A DNA stretch of 64,000 bases from Puia sp. (GCA_035295505.1 DATGIX010000104.1:10809-74808), one strand, 5' to 3'; shown: positions 8,285 through 18,984, numbered from the stretch's first letter. The notes: generated from the sequence alone by a model not told the origin. Numbers and translations are program-made.

Positions 8285-8902
8285 TCAGTGGAAATTTGTT
8301 GATTTTCGGGTACTAATCAGCAAAACATATTTTTGTTTATATAAAGATATCGCAGTCTGCTCTTTAAGTATTGATATCTGATCTATATCCGAACTTGAAA
8401 GATTTTCTAAAAAAGGCTTAAAGTCACTTTGGTATAAAAAAGGCCGACCGTTAATTATAACATAGACATCCGAAAGTTGAGTAGCCCAATTTTCAACTTT
8501 AGCTTTAATATTAGAAAATCCATTTTGCAAAAACTGATAGCCGTTTAAAGAATCTATCTGACTAACAGTTGTACCCGAAGTTGAAATAACAATTAGATCA
8601 TATCGGATCTTTGAAGAATAATCTTCAACGGTTTTATAATTTGATAAAATTTTAATTTCTTTAATTTTAGGGATATCAAGTTTGGATAAAGAATTGTGGA
8701 TATCAGCTGAGTCAATTAAATTGTTATCAATTTTTAATAATGCGCTTTTAGCAAAAAGCAATTCTTTAGAATCTTTGTGACCGACAAATATCTTATCAAT
8801 TTTCTTGTCAATCTTCCCTGAATTATTTTTTTTAAAAATTGAGCAGGATGTCAGAAGGAAAGTTAGTGCAACTATAAAAATCAACGACTTTTGATTGTTC
8901 AT
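8285..8902 (-). CDS. Hypothetical lipoprotein
   Basis: Lipobox LLTSC; AT-rich 205-aa ORF. Confidence 0.65.
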   Translation of the reverse strand: MNNQKSLIFIVALTFLLTSCSIFKKNNSGKIDKKIDKIFVGHKDSKELLFAKSALLKIDNNLIDSADIHNSLSKLDIPKIKEIKILSNYKTVEDYSSKIRYDLIVISTSGTTVSQIDSLNGYQFLQNGFSNIKAKVENWATQLSDVYVIINGRPFLYQSDFKPFLENLSSSDIDQISILKEQTAISLYKQKYVLLISTRKSTNFH

Positions 8903-9083
8903 TATTTGTTATTAATAGCTTTGTTGAAATTTCAGTTCAGAAGAAATAAAGTTAAGAAATAGTCCTTGGTAACAAGCAGAAAAATTAAAGATTAGATTGA
9001 GAATCACTCGTTTTATGACCGCCAATTCGTCTTAATTATTTCGTATTTTTAAAATCAGAAATTTCACTTCAAACATTCATATC

Positions 9084-9422
9084 ATGACTGTAATAACAGA
9101 CGAATACATGAAAGAAAAACTCACGGAAACAAAACCGTTTACCGTAGTTATCCTAAAGAAAGGGCCTAAATTCAAAATGCCGGAAGTGTTCCCGACAATA
9201 TGGGAGCACGGCAGAAAAAATTTTCAGCTAAAAGCAGAAGGAACACTCGCTGTTGTTTGCCCAATCAATGACGGCACCGAAGTCGCAGGCGTTGGCATTT
9301 TCACAACCAATGAAGAAGAAACCAAAAAGCTGATGGAAGAAGACCCTGCAATCAAAGCAGAAATTTTGCTGTATGAAATTCATCCTACAAAAAGTTTTCC
9401 CGGAAGCAGCTTGCCGTTGTAA
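9084..9422 (+). CDS. YciI-like protein
   Basis: GVGIF...EETKKLMEEDPAIKA motif. Confidence 0.7.
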   Translation: MTVITDEYMKEKLTETKPFTVVILKKGPKFKMPEVFPTIWEHGRKNFQLKAEGTLAVVCPINDGTEVAGVGIFTTNEEETKKLMEEDPAIKAEILLYEIHPTKSFPGSSLPL

Positions 9423-9488
9423 AAAGAATGCGACGCTAAATAGAAATGCTGACATTTTCTTTTCATCAAATTTTACAAATCAAATAAA

Positions 9489-9878
9489 ATGAATAAAGAA
9501 ATCAAAGCATACAACGATAAACAAACAGCTGAAGACAAAAAGATTTGCAATACGCTGTATCAGGAAATCAGCGCTCATTTAAAAGAAGCAGAAAATAAAA
9601 TCTGGCATGCGCATCCTGTTTGGTTTCTCGATGGAAACCCGATTGTTGGTTATAGCAAATTAAAAGACAGCGTCCGTTTATTATTCTGGAGCGGACAATC
9701 ATTTGATGAAGATGGGTTAGCAAAAGAAGGAAGTTTCAAAGCTGCAGAAAAACGCTACACATCATCTGAACAAATCAATAAAGGCGATTTGAAACGCTGG
9801 CTCGGAAAGTCGAGGGAAATTCAATGGGATTATAAAAATATTGTGAAGCGAAAAGGAGTTCTCGAAAAATTGAAATGA
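9489..9878 (+). CDS. DUF1801 (YdhG-like) protein
   Basis: KIWHAHPVWFLDGNPIVGYSK...LLFWSGQSF. Confidence 0.8.
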   Translation: MNKEIKAYNDKQTAEDKKICNTLYQEISAHLKEAENKIWHAHPVWFLDGNPIVGYSKLKDSVRLLFWSGQSFDEDGLAKEGSFKAAEKRYTSSEQINKGDLKRWLGKSREIQWDYKNIVKRKGVLEKLK

Positions 9879-9943
9879 AATAATTACTAACTGTAGTTTG
9901 TAATTTGCATCATATATAATGATTAATTCTTCAATAAAAAATC

Positions 9944-10666
9944 ATGAAATTATCTGGCAATAAAATTTTGATCACAGGTGGCGCAAGCGGCATTGGCTTA
10001 GGTCTTGCTGAAAGGTTCATTCAGGAAAACAATACAGTTATCATTTGCGGAAGGCGTGAATCAGTACTCAAAGAAGTAGCAGACAAATTTCCTTCTATAA
10101 TCACCAAAACCTGCGATTTGTCGATTGAAGAAGATCGCATTGAGCTTTATGAATGGGTTTCAAAAAATCACAGCGATCTGAATGTGCTGGTAAATAATGC
10201 CGGCATTCAAAACTGGATGACTGTTCCGGAAAATGGGTTTTATGAAAAAGCAAATGATGAAATCACGATAAATGCATTAGCCCCCGTTCATCTGACGAGT
10301 TTGTTCATAAATCTACACTCATTAAATACAATTATTAATGTAACATCAGGATTGGCGTTTGTGCCATTTTCAAAAGTGCCTGTTTATTGCGCCACCAAAG
10401 CATTCATGCGCTCTTTCACACTTTCCCTTCGCCATATTTTGAAATCAACAAACATCGAAGTGATTGAAATGATCCCGCCCGCATTGAACACAGACCTTGG
10501 AGGGAAAGGCATACACGACGGGCATCCTCCTGTGAGCGAATTTGTTGAATCTGTTTTTCAGCAAATGAAAGAAGGGAAGACTGAGCTCACTTTTGGTTTC
10601 AGCGAAGGAAGAGCGAAAGCTAACAATGAAACCATCGCTGAATATTTTAACAGGTTAAATCCTTAA
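9944..10666 (+). CDS. Short-chain dehydrogenase/reductase (DltE-like)
   Basis: ITGGASGIG, NNAG and YCATK motifs. Confidence 0.9.
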   Translation: MKLSGNKILITGGASGIGLGLAERFIQENNTVIICGRRESVLKEVADKFPSIITKTCDLSIEEDRIELYEWVSKNHSDLNVLVNNAGIQNWMTVPENGFYEKANDEITINALAPVHLTSLFINLHSLNTIINVTSGLAFVPFSKVPVYCATKAFMRSFTLSLRHILKSTNIEVIEMIPPALNTDLGGKGIHDGHPPVSEFVESVFQQMKEGKTELTFGFSEGRAKANNETIAEYFNRLNP

Positions 10667-10720
10667 GCATGCACGAGTCTTTCTTCAAAAGATTTCCTGC
10701 TCGTTTTAAAATAACTATTT

Positions 10721-11242
10721 ATGAATTTTTCGCTGGAAAAATCAATTCAGATTCTTGAACGCACTCCAGTCGTTCTCGAAACATGGTTAAAAGATATTTC
10801 GAATGAATGGGCAACAAGCAACGAAGGCCCGCAAACATGGAACGCCTACGATATAGTCGGGCACCTTATTCACGGAGAGAAAACAGATTGGATACCGCGG
10901 GCAGAAATTATTCTTTCAGAAAAAAATGATAAAAGATTTGAAAAGTTTGACCGCTTCGCACAATTTGAAGACAGCAAAGGAAAATCATTAGAAGATCTTT
11001 TAGAAGAATTTAAAATCATCCGGAAAAAGAATATAAATATCCTGCATTCTCTAAACATAACTGATGCAGATTTAGAAAAGAAAGGCATTCATCCTGCTTT
11101 TGGAGAAGTCACATTGGTTCAGCTACTTTCCACATGGGTCGCACACGACCTCAATCATATTGCACAGATTGCAAGAGTGATGGCCAAACATTATAAAGAA
11201 GATGTTGGGGCGTGGACAGCTTATTTGAAAATATTGCAATAG
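10721..11242 (+). CDS. DinB family protein
   Basis: IVGHLIHGEKTDW and WVAHDLNHIAQI histidine triad. Confidence 0.85.
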   Translation: MNFSLEKSIQILERTPVVLETWLKDISNEWATSNEGPQTWNAYDIVGHLIHGEKTDWIPRAEIILSEKNDKRFEKFDRFAQFEDSKGKSLEDLLEEFKIIRKKNINILHSLNITDADLEKKGIHPAFGEVTLVQLLSTWVAHDLNHIAQIARVMAKHYKEDVGAWTAYLKILQ

Positions 11243-11369
11243 TTTTTACAAAAAAACTTCCGCTTAAAGCACCATTTCTTAATTGCATTATAATGTCTGA
11301 TACGAAATTATAGCTAACCTTCCGTGTTTATCTGTAAAATCTGTGGTAAAAAAAATATTTCCAAAAAAA

Positions 11370-11418
11370 TTTGGGTAACTCAAAAGTTACATATACATTT
11401 GGGTAACTTAAAAGTTAC
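11370..11418 (+). promoter_or_regulatory. Two tandem palindromic operators bracketing a -7 promoter element
   Basis: GTAACT-N4-AGTTAC at 11375-11390 and 11403-11418; TACATTTG at 11394-11401. Confidence 0.75.
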
Positions 11419-11423
11419 TTATT

Positions 11424-11870
11424 ATGAACAGGACAATCAAACAGAATTTTTTCTATTCCCACACTCCTGAAGTTGTTTGGGAATTTCTGACAAATGCCGA
11501 ACTGATTGCGCAATGGCTGATGCCCAATGATTTTCAGCCAGTCGTTGGCCATGATTTTACATTCAGGATAAGACCGATCCCTGAATTTGAATTTGATGGA
11601 ATTATTTATTGTAAGGTGTTGGAGATGATTCCTCACAAAAGACTTTCATATTCATGGAAAGGCGGGCCGGGCGATGGCAGGATTAATCTCGATTCAGTTG
11701 TTGAATGGACATTAACAAAAAAAGACAATGGCACCGAGCTCTCTCTCGTTCACAGCGGCCTGATGGAAAATGTCAGTATCTATAATGCCATGACAAAAGG
11801 ATGGATGGAGAATATGGCTAAAATTGCCGGACTTATAAAACCCACAACCAATGGCACAACCAAGGCTTGA
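11424..11870 (+). CDS. SRPBCC/AHSA1 domain protein
   Basis: PEVVWEFLT...QWLMPNDF...GTELSLVHSG. Confidence 0.85.
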   Translation: MNRTIKQNFFYSHTPEVVWEFLTNAELIAQWLMPNDFQPVVGHDFTFRIRPIPEFEFDGIIYCKVLEMIPHKRLSYSWKGGPGDGRINLDSVVEWTLTKKDNGTELSLVHSGLMENVSIYNAMTKGWMENMAKIAGLIKPTTNGTTKA

Positions 11871-12177
11871 CGCATTTCAGGTAATCGCAGACCCGAGCAG
11901 AAGGCAAATCCTGAAAATGCTTACGAAAGACAGTTTAACAATCAACAGTCTGGCAGAAAATTTTGACATGAGCCGCCCTGCAGTTTCAAAACACATCAAG
12001 ATTCTTTATTCAGCCGGCTTCATTTCAATTGAAGACATTGGCAGGGAAAGATATTGCATGCTCAAACAAGATGGCTTTGATGAACTACAGAACTGGATTA
12101 ACTTTTTTGACTCATTCTGGAAAAATAAAATGAAAAAATTGGAGACATTATTAAACAATAAAATAAATAAAAAATGA
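11851..12177 (+). CDS. ArsR/SmtB family transcriptional regulator
   Basis: DAFQVIADPSRRQIL...MSRPAVSKHIKIL...GRERY. Confidence 0.9.
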   Translation: MAQPRLDAFQVIADPSRRQILKMLTKDSLTINSLAENFDMSRPAVSKHIKILYSAGFISIEDIGRERYCMLKQDGFDELQNWINFFDSFWKNKMKKLETLLNNKINKK

Positions 12178-12644
12178 AAACAGCAACTCTGACAGAACAG
12201 CAAAATTATCACGCAAGCATCACTGCAAATGCGAGCGCTAAAAAAGTGTTCGAAGAAATATGCAAAGTGAATGAATGGTGGACTGCAAAATTTGAAGGCA
12301 GTGCAAAAAAACTGAACGATGTTTTCACAGTTCACTTTGGGGAAACATTTGTGACATTTAAAATTGTAGATGTTATCCCAAATGAAATCATTGTATGGCT
12401 TGTTACAGATTGCCACTTGCCATGGCTGAGAGACAAAAAAGAATGGAATGAAACTAAAGTAGTTTTTGAAATTTTGCAGGAAAGAGAATCAACTAAAATT
12501 GATTTGACGCATGTTGGCTTAACGCCGGAAGTTGAATGTTATCATGGTTGTGAAAAAGGTTGGGATTTCTTTTTCAGGAAAAGTTTGCTCAAACTAATAA
12601 CAACAGGGAAAGGCATGGCTGACACACCAATTGCTGAGAGATAA
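12174..12644 (+). CDS. SRPBCC domain protein
   Basis: EWNETKVVFEI, LTHVGLTPEVECY..C..GW. Confidence 0.8.
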   Translation: MKTATLTEQQNYHASITANASAKKVFEEICKVNEWWTAKFEGSAKKLNDVFTVHFGETFVTFKIVDVIPNEIIVWLVTDCHLPWLRDKKEWNETKVVFEILQERESTKIDLTHVGLTPEVECYHGCEKGWDFFFRKSLLKLITTGKGMADTPIAER

Positions 12645-12680
12645 ATTTTAAAATTATTCAGTAACTGCTTATTTTCAGGA

Positions 12681-13553
12681 ATGAAAATAATCCTGACAGT
12701 CATTATTTCAACTTTTTTTTACTCGCAACTTTTTTGTCAATCGAATCAATCAAAGCAGCCTGACAGCAGCAGGCCGTTTGTTCTTGGAACAATTGAAGAA
12801 ATTCAATCGAAGATTTTATCTGAAAAAAGGATATTGAATATTTATCTCCCGGAAGGATATAATAAAAATGATACCATCAAATACCCGGTGATCTATTTAT
12901 TGGACGGTTCTGCTGATGAAGATTTTATTCATGTTGCAGGGCTTGTTCAATTCAATACTTTTCCATGGGTGAACCGCGTTCCGAAATCAATTGTTGTTGG
13001 CATTGCAAATATCGACAGGAAAAAAGATTTCACTTATCCTACTACAATTGAAGATGATAAAAAGAAATTTCCGACAACAGGAAAATCTGAAAATTTTATT
13101 TCATTTATAGAAACAGAACTTCAACCCTTTATTGAAAAGAAGTACACAACGAATACTTCGAAAACAATCATTGGCGAATCATTAGGAGGCTTGATGGCAA
13201 CAGAAATTTTATTCAAGAAGCCCACTTTATTCAATAAATATATCATCATTAGCCCAAGCCTTTGGTGGGATAATGGCTCATTGCTAAATCTATCGCCAGA
13301 TATTTTGAAAGAAAGCTTTGCTCAACAAACAGCTATTTATATCGGAGTTGGGAAAGAAGGCCTTACTCCCACTGCTATTCCCCGTGTGATGGAAGTAGAT
13401 GCTAATCTGTTAGCTGAAAAATTAAGATCAGCCAAAAACAAAAACCTGCACATTTATTTTGATTACTTGCCGGAAGAAAACCATGCGACCATCGGTCATC
13501 AGGCTATATTAAATGCATTCAGGTTATTGTCTTCACTACAAGAGAAAAAATAA
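12681..13553 (+). CDS. Alpha/beta hydrolase (IroE/Fes-like esterase)
   Basis: YPVIYLLDG, GESLGG nucleophile elbow, SPSLWW. Confidence 0.85.
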   Translation: MKIILTVIISTFFYSQLFCQSNQSKQPDSSRPFVLGTIEEIQSKILSEKRILNIYLPEGYNKNDTIKYPVIYLLDGSADEDFIHVAGLVQFNTFPWVNRVPKSIVVGIANIDRKKDFTYPTTIEDDKKKFPTTGKSENFISFIETELQPFIEKKYTTNTSKTIIGESLGGLMATEILFKKPTLFNKYIIISPSLWWDNGSLLNLSPDILKESFAQQTAIYIGVGKEGLTPTAIPRVMEVDANLLAEKLRSAKNKNLHIYFDYLPEENHATIGHQAILNAFRLLSSLQEKK

Positions 13554-13638
13554 ACACCTGTTTTAAATCCCTCTGAATTATTTTCTTTCTGTTGTAATAA
13601 TTCATTCCTTTAGTGGTACTAATTATAAAACAATCTGC

Positions 13639-14145
13639 GTGACAGACGTTGAACAGAAAAAGATTCTTGACGAGTGGCTGAGCTTGCACAAGGGCATCAT
13701 CTTCAAAATAGTTCGCGTATATGCTTTTAATGCAATGAATCAGGACGATCTTTTTCAGGAAATAGTTATTCAGATATGGAATTCTATTCCATCATTCCGG
13801 GGAGAATCTTCTGTCACAACATGGCTCTATCGGATTTCGCTGAATACTGCACTTAAATGGGCGAAGAGAGAGCAAAAACATGATCATTCAGAAACGCTGG
13901 ATAATGTGCAGCACATTTTGCTCGAAAACAAAATCACAACAGATGAGCGTTTAGTATGGCTCTACGAAGAAATTCACAAGCTGGATGAGGTTGACCGTTC
14001 GATTACGTTACTGCTGCTCGATGGATTCAGTTATAAAGAAATGTCGTTGATATTGGGAATTACAGAATCAAATGTCGGCGTAAAAATCAATCGCATCAAA
14101 AAGCAATTAATCAGCAAATCAAAAAATTATAGTTATGGAATTTGA
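13639..14145 (+). CDS. ECF RNA polymerase sigma factor
   Basis: DDLFQEIVIQIW, TWLYRISLNTAL, region-4 GFSYKEMSLILGITESNVGVKINRIK. Confidence 0.9.
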   Translation: MTDVEQKKILDEWLSLHKGIIFKIVRVYAFNAMNQDDLFQEIVIQIWNSIPSFRGESSVTTWLYRISLNTALKWAKREQKHDHSETLDNVQHILLENKITTDERLVWLYEEIHKLDEVDRSITLLLLDGFSYKEMSLILGITESNVGVKINRIKKQLISKSKNYSYGI

Positions 14146-14707
14146 AGAACTGCAAAAAATATGGGATTCACAAAACAATCAATATATGTATGCTTTCAAT
14201 CAAAGTGCCTTATATAACCTTATTGAGTCAAAAAAGAAAAAAGCAGCACGCATCACTAACCTTAGCGAGTTGATGCACATCCTGGTGAACATGCTAGCCG
14301 GAGTTATTTACATTGTTATCATTGCGACTATGACCAAGAAAAATATGTTTATGTATGTAATTGCAGCATGGATGTTTGCTATCGCTTTGTATGTAGTGAT
14401 AAACAGGATGCGCAGGATAAAAGAAAATAAAAATTTTGATATTTCCATCAACGGCAACCTTCAGCATGCTATTTCACTAACAACTTATCAGGCAAATCTT
14501 TCACAGGCCATGCGCTGGAATATCCTACCTGTTGCTATTCTTGTTCTTGTTATGGTTTGGGATTCAGGTAAATCTCCATTAATAATCGCTGCGTTGTTTA
14601 TTTGCTTTCTTGTAGCATATTTAATAAGCACGAAAGACCAGAATATTTATAAGGCAAGAAAACGCGAATTGAAAATATTGCAACAGAAATTAGAAAGTGA
14701 AGCTTAA
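14135..14707 (+). CDS. Membrane protein, probable cognate anti-sigma factor
   Basis: Overlaps the ECF stop; MEFEELQKIW N-terminus followed by about four TM helices. Confidence 0.65.
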   Translation: MEFEELQKIWDSQNNQYMYAFNQSALYNLIESKKKKAARITNLSELMHILVNMLAGVIYIVIIATMTKKNMFMYVIAAWMFAIALYVVINRMRRIKENKNFDISINGNLQHAISLTTYQANLSQAMRWNILPVAILVLVMVWDSGKSPLIIAALFICFLVAYLISTKDQNIYKARKRELKILQQKLESEA

Positions 14708-14713
14708 ATTGCA

Positions 14714-14737
14714 TCTGCCACGATTTTGAATCGTGGC
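14714..14737. terminator. Hairpin after the anti-sigma gene
   Basis: tgccacgatt-ttg-aatcgtggca, perfect 10-bp stem. Confidence 0.45.
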
Positions 14738-14796
14738 ATAATTTTTTGTCACAATTTCTCTTTATTAATCCGTGCAATCTGTGGCTGATAAAAAAT

Positions 14797-15906
14797 ATGC
14801 AATACAAAAGAATGCCCATCGAAATAGAATCTCCTGAAAGTTTAGGATATGATTCTATTGAATGCAACCTCGCTGAAAGCTCCGTGCGTGATGTTCTTTT
14901 CAAAGAAATCGATATCAATTTAAATGAATTGGTGATTGCCTATGGCGATCATATTGGTAAGCCAGCACTAAGAGAACTAATTGCAGCTAATCACAAAAGC
15001 ATCAATGGTGAGGATGTGCTGTTGACAGTTGGAGCTGCAGCTTCATTATTTATTATCAATTCATCGTTGCTGACAGAAAAAGATCATTTAATTGTAATCA
15101 GGCCAAACTATGCAACGAACATAGAAACACCACGAGCTATTGGCTGCGAAATCAGTTTTATAGATTTGGTTTTTGAAGAAAAATATGCACTTGATATTGA
15201 AAAAATAAAATCAGCTATCCGACCGAACACAAAGCTCATCAGCATTACAACACCGCACAATCCAACGGGCACAATGCTTAGCGAGGAACAGCTTGTTGCA
15301 TTATCAAAACTTGCTGAAAAAAACAATTGCTATTTATTGGTGGATGAAACTTATCGTGATATTTCGTTTCACTCTCCTACTCCATTAGCCGCAACATTGA
15401 GCAAAAATGTCATCAGCATTTCATCTGTGTCAAAAGCTTATGGAATTCCCGGCATTCGTTTGGGCTGGCTTATTACTCGCGACAAAAATTTACAGCATCT
15501 CTTTCTTGCGGCTAAAGAACAAATCTATATCTGCAATTCAATAGTTGATGAAGAAATATGCCATCAGTATTTGATTAAAAAAGAAAAATATTTCCCTTCA
15601 ATTCAGAAAGAAGTAAAAATCAATTTTGATATTCTCAAAAACTGGATAGGCAATCACAAATATTTAGAATGGGTTGAGCCTTCAGGTGGAGTTGTTTGCT
15701 TTCCGCGTTTTAAGAATGAAGTGAATATTGACATTGAAAAGTTTTATAAAACATTATTGGAAGATTATAAAACTTATGTCGGCCCCGGGCATTGGTTTGA
15801 GCAAAGCAAACGTAGCTTTAGATTAGGTTTTGGTTGGGAAAAGCAAGAAGCATTTGAAAAAGGGCTTAAGAATTTAGACAGAGCTATTAAAGCATCATTG
15901 ATTTAG
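14797..15906 (+). CDS. PLP-dependent aminotransferase class I/II
   Basis: TPHNPTG, LVDETY, SVSKAYGIPGIRLGW; start MQYKRMP preferred. Confidence 0.9.
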   Translation: MQYKRMPIEIESPESLGYDSIECNLAESSVRDVLFKEIDINLNELVIAYGDHIGKPALRELIAANHKSINGEDVLLTVGAAASLFIINSSLLTEKDHLIVIRPNYATNIETPRAIGCEISFIDLVFEEKYALDIEKIKSAIRPNTKLISITTPHNPTGTMLSEEQLVALSKLAEKNNCYLLVDETYRDISFHSPTPLAATLSKNVISISSVSKAYGIPGIRLGWLITRDKNLQHLFLAAKEQIYICNSIVDEEICHQYLIKKEKYFPSIQKEVKINFDILKNWIGNHKYLEWVEPSGGVVCFPRFKNEVNIDIEKFYKTLLEDYKTYVGPGHWFEQSKRSFRLGFGWEKQEAFEKGLKNLDRAIKASLI

Positions 15907-15926
15907 CAGTGATTAATAACAAGACG

Positions 15927-17186
15927 CTAACTCCTCGTTGCGATAGTTGTATGCGTTGCCTCGTTGCGTGAAACAATTGATTTTGCTGCAACAAACCCGC
16001 TTGTCCACGCATGCTGAAAATTGAACCCTCCGGTAATACCATCAACATCCATCACTTCGCCTGCAAAAAATAAATCAGGAACAATTTTGCTTTGCATGGT
16101 GTTCGGGTCAATCTCCGATAACTTAATGCCACCTGCAGTCACAAACTCTTCTTTAAAAGTTGTTTTTCCTTTCACTTCAAATTGTTGTGCAATTAAATTT
16201 TGAATCAAAACATTTTGAAGTTTTCCAGGCAAATCTGCCCAGCGCATATTTTCGGTTATGCCTGACTGTTGAATCAGATATTCCCACAGCCGTTGCGGCA
16301 ATCCAAAATAATTTTTACCCGAAATTTTTTGTGATGCATTTTCACTTCGTAGGTCAGAAAATTTTTCTCTCAACGCCTGTTCGGCATATTCTGGAAGCCA
16401 GCTTATCACAACTCCGAACTCATAACTCCGAACTGATAATTCTCTTGCTCCCCATGCTGACAATCTTAATACCGCAGGGCCGCTTAATCCCCAATGAGTA
16501 ATTAAAACCGGTCCTTGCTCTGATAATTTTGAGCCGACAATTTTCACTCTTGCATTAGCAACCGAAACACCCATTAGTTTAGTGATAGAATTATTCGGAA
16601 GATTAAATGTGAACAACGAAGGAACCGGCTCTTCAATGGAATGCCCAATATTTTTCAGCCAATCAAACATGGATGATTTTGGATAACCGCCGCTTGCGAT
16701 GCAGAGATAATTCGCAGTCAAGAGTTCAGCGTTAAGAGTCCTGATTTGCCAATCGCTGTTTATTTTTTTTATTTCTTTTACTTCCCGGTTAATCAAAATT
16801 TCTATCCGATATTTATTCGCTTCTTTAATCAGGCATTCAATAATTGTGTCTGATGAATCTGTTATTGGAAACATTCTTCCATCCTCTTCCTTTTTTAGCA
16901 TCACATTTCTTTCTTCAAACCATGTAATAATGTCTTTTGTAAAAAACTGATGAAATGCTTTCTTCACAAAATGCTGTCCTCTCGGATATTTTTTCATCAT
17001 CTCTTCAATTTCAAAACATGCATGCGTAACGTTGCAACGCCCGCCACCACTCACTTTCACCTTACTTAATAATTTGGAAGATTTTTCAAGAATGGTCACT
17101 TTCAAATCAGGGTTCATTCTTGCAGCATTCACTGCGCAGAAAAAACCTGCCGCGCCGCCACCAATCACAATTAAAGTCCTGGGCAT
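15927..17186 (-). CDS. HI0933/BaiN family flavoprotein
   Basis: IGGGAAG, KVKVSGGGRCNVT, EFVTAGG, DGITGGFNFQHAW. Confidence 0.92.
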   Translation of the reverse strand: MPRTLIVIGGGAAGFFCAVNAARMNPDLKVTILEKSSKLLSKVKVSGGGRCNVTHACFEIEEMMKKYPRGQHFVKKAFHQFFTKDIITWFEERNVMLKKEEDGRMFPITDSSDTIIECLIKEANKYRIEILINREVKEIKKINSDWQIRTLNAELLTANYLCIASGGYPKSSMFDWLKNIGHSIEEPVPSLFTFNLPNNSITKLMGVSVANARVKIVGSKLSEQGPVLITHWGLSGPAVLRLSAWGARELSVRSYEFGVVISWLPEYAEQALREKFSDLRSENASQKISGKNYFGLPQRLWEYLIQQSGITENMRWADLPGKLQNVLIQNLIAQQFEVKGKTTFKEEFVTAGGIKLSEIDPNTMQSKIVPDLFFAGEVMDVDGITGGFNFQHAWTSGFVAAKSIVSRNEATHTTIATRS

Positions 17187-17187
17187 A

Positions 17188-18732
17188 TTATTCAGGTTGC
17201 ATCAGCATAATGGAAGACAATGTTTCTATCCCGTTCCAGAAATTCTGCAAACGCAGGTTTTCATTTTCTGCATGCTGATTATTATCATGATTCTCAATCG
17301 GAACGATGATTGTTTTTGCATTCAGATATTTCTCAAATAAAAACAATGGCAGGCTTCCTCCGAGAGATGGAAATAAAACAATTTTGTCGTCCGTTGTTTT
17401 CTGCACTGCAGCAATGATATTTTTTGCAATGGGCAAATTCATAGAAGTGCGTTGTGCATTGTAACCATCATTAGGCGCAATGGCTTTAATAATTTTTGCG
17501 TGAGCAGATCTTTCTTCATCGGAAGGTTCGTGGTCAATTAGGTAATAACCTTGCTGGCGAATATGCTCAATCACTTTCTGTTGCTGTTTCTTCCAATCAT
17601 TACCCAACACCAATCGCAAATCAAGTACAGCCGATGCAGTGGTAGGAATCACATTGCTGGCTTGCTTCCCGACATTTCCGCTTGCCATGCCGTTGATATT
17701 AAGTGATGGCAGGTTGATTGATTCAGCCAAAGTTTTGTCCGGCATTTCGTTGGCAGAAATGCCAAGTTCTTTTTTCATTTGCTCATCCACTGAAGGAATT
17801 TCTGCAATCGCTTTTTTTTCAGCATCAGTAAACGGGATTACATCTGCATAAAAATATTTCACAGTCACCTTCCCCTCATCATCTTTCATCGACGCTAATA
17901 ATTTTGCAAGCATCAACGCAGGGTTTGGAGCCCAATTTCCATAATGCCCGCTATGCAGTGGACGTTTCGAAGCATATACAGTCAAATCAATATGACAATC
18001 TCCACGCACCCCAAACACGATTTGTTTTTTTCCTGATTGATGAACAGGTCCGTCACAGATTATCCAAACATCCGATTGTAATAACGATTTGTATTTTTCC
18101 AATACTTCTGAAAGGTGCGTTGAGCCTGCTTCTTCTTCTCCTTCAAAAAAGAATTTGATATTGTAATGAAGTTTCAATCCTGATTTAATGATTGCATTGT
18201 ATGCATTTAAAATGGCAGCAACTCCGCCTTTATCATCAGAACCTCCGCGAGCATAAATCCTCCATTCAGGATTGAATGAAGTATTGTCGTCAGGAAAAGA
18301 AATGATGCTTGCATTTCTTTCAAGTGATCCATTTAGCAATTGCGGCTTGAATGGCTCGAGCGGCTTTGCCCATTGCAGTGGATTAACCGGCTGACCATCG
18401 TAATGCGCATAAAAAATAATTGTGTGCGTTGCTCCGGGAACATTTGCTTCTCCATAAACAACCGGAGGTTTTGATGGGGTAATGGGCGATAGCAATTGAA
18501 TATTTTGAATGCCTCGTTTATTCATCATGCTCATAATAAATGCAGCATTCTTTTGAATATTCACCGAATCATCTGCAATATTTGGAATGGAAAGAAATGA
18601 AACGAATTCATTGATGATGGGATGCTCATTCTGCTCTCTGAATTTTCTGATTTTTAAAATTTCAGGTGATTGAGCGAATGATATTTGAGTAACAAAAATA
18701 AAAGCACCTAAAGCAGTCAGATATCTTTTCAT
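17188..18732 (-). CDS. Secreted M20/M25/M40 family metallopeptidase
   Basis: YAHYDGQP, YARGGSDDKG, EGEEEAGS, DNNQHAENE. Confidence 0.88.
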   Translation of the reverse strand: MKRYLTALGAFIFVTQISFAQSPEILKIRKFREQNEHPIINEFVSFLSIPNIADDSVNIQKNAAFIMSMMNKRGIQNIQLLSPITPSKPPVVYGEANVPGATHTIIFYAHYDGQPVNPLQWAKPLEPFKPQLLNGSLERNASIISFPDDNTSFNPEWRIYARGGSDDKGGVAAILNAYNAIIKSGLKLHYNIKFFFEGEEEAGSTHLSEVLEKYKSLLQSDVWIICDGPVHQSGKKQIVFGVRGDCHIDLTVYASKRPLHSGHYGNWAPNPALMLAKLLASMKDDEGKVTVKYFYADVIPFTDAEKKAIAEIPSVDEQMKKELGISANEMPDKTLAESINLPSLNINGMASGNVGKQASNVIPTTASAVLDLRLVLGNDWKKQQQKVIEHIRQQGYYLIDHEPSDEERSAHAKIIKAIAPNDGYNAQRTSMNLPIAKNIIAAVQKTTDDKIVLFPSLGGSLPLFLFEKYLNAKTIIVPIENHDNNQHAENENLRLQNFWNGIETLSSIMLMQPE

Positions 18733-18984
18733 GGTCTTAAAGGTAACAAATAATCAGAGAGTAGTTGAAACTGCAGCTTTCTATCACCGGTTAATAACTG
18801 TGAAACAGTTTTTGATTTATTAACTCGCATGCATAACCGAAAAGTATTCTGTAAAAAATGAGTGCCCTTTACAGCGATTAATCAATATAATCACTATAAA
18901 AGGCACTATAAAACTGTTTAAAACCTAACAGGTAGAAACCTGTATGCTCAGCTTATGAACGCTTTAATCAAAAATATTCGTTGC

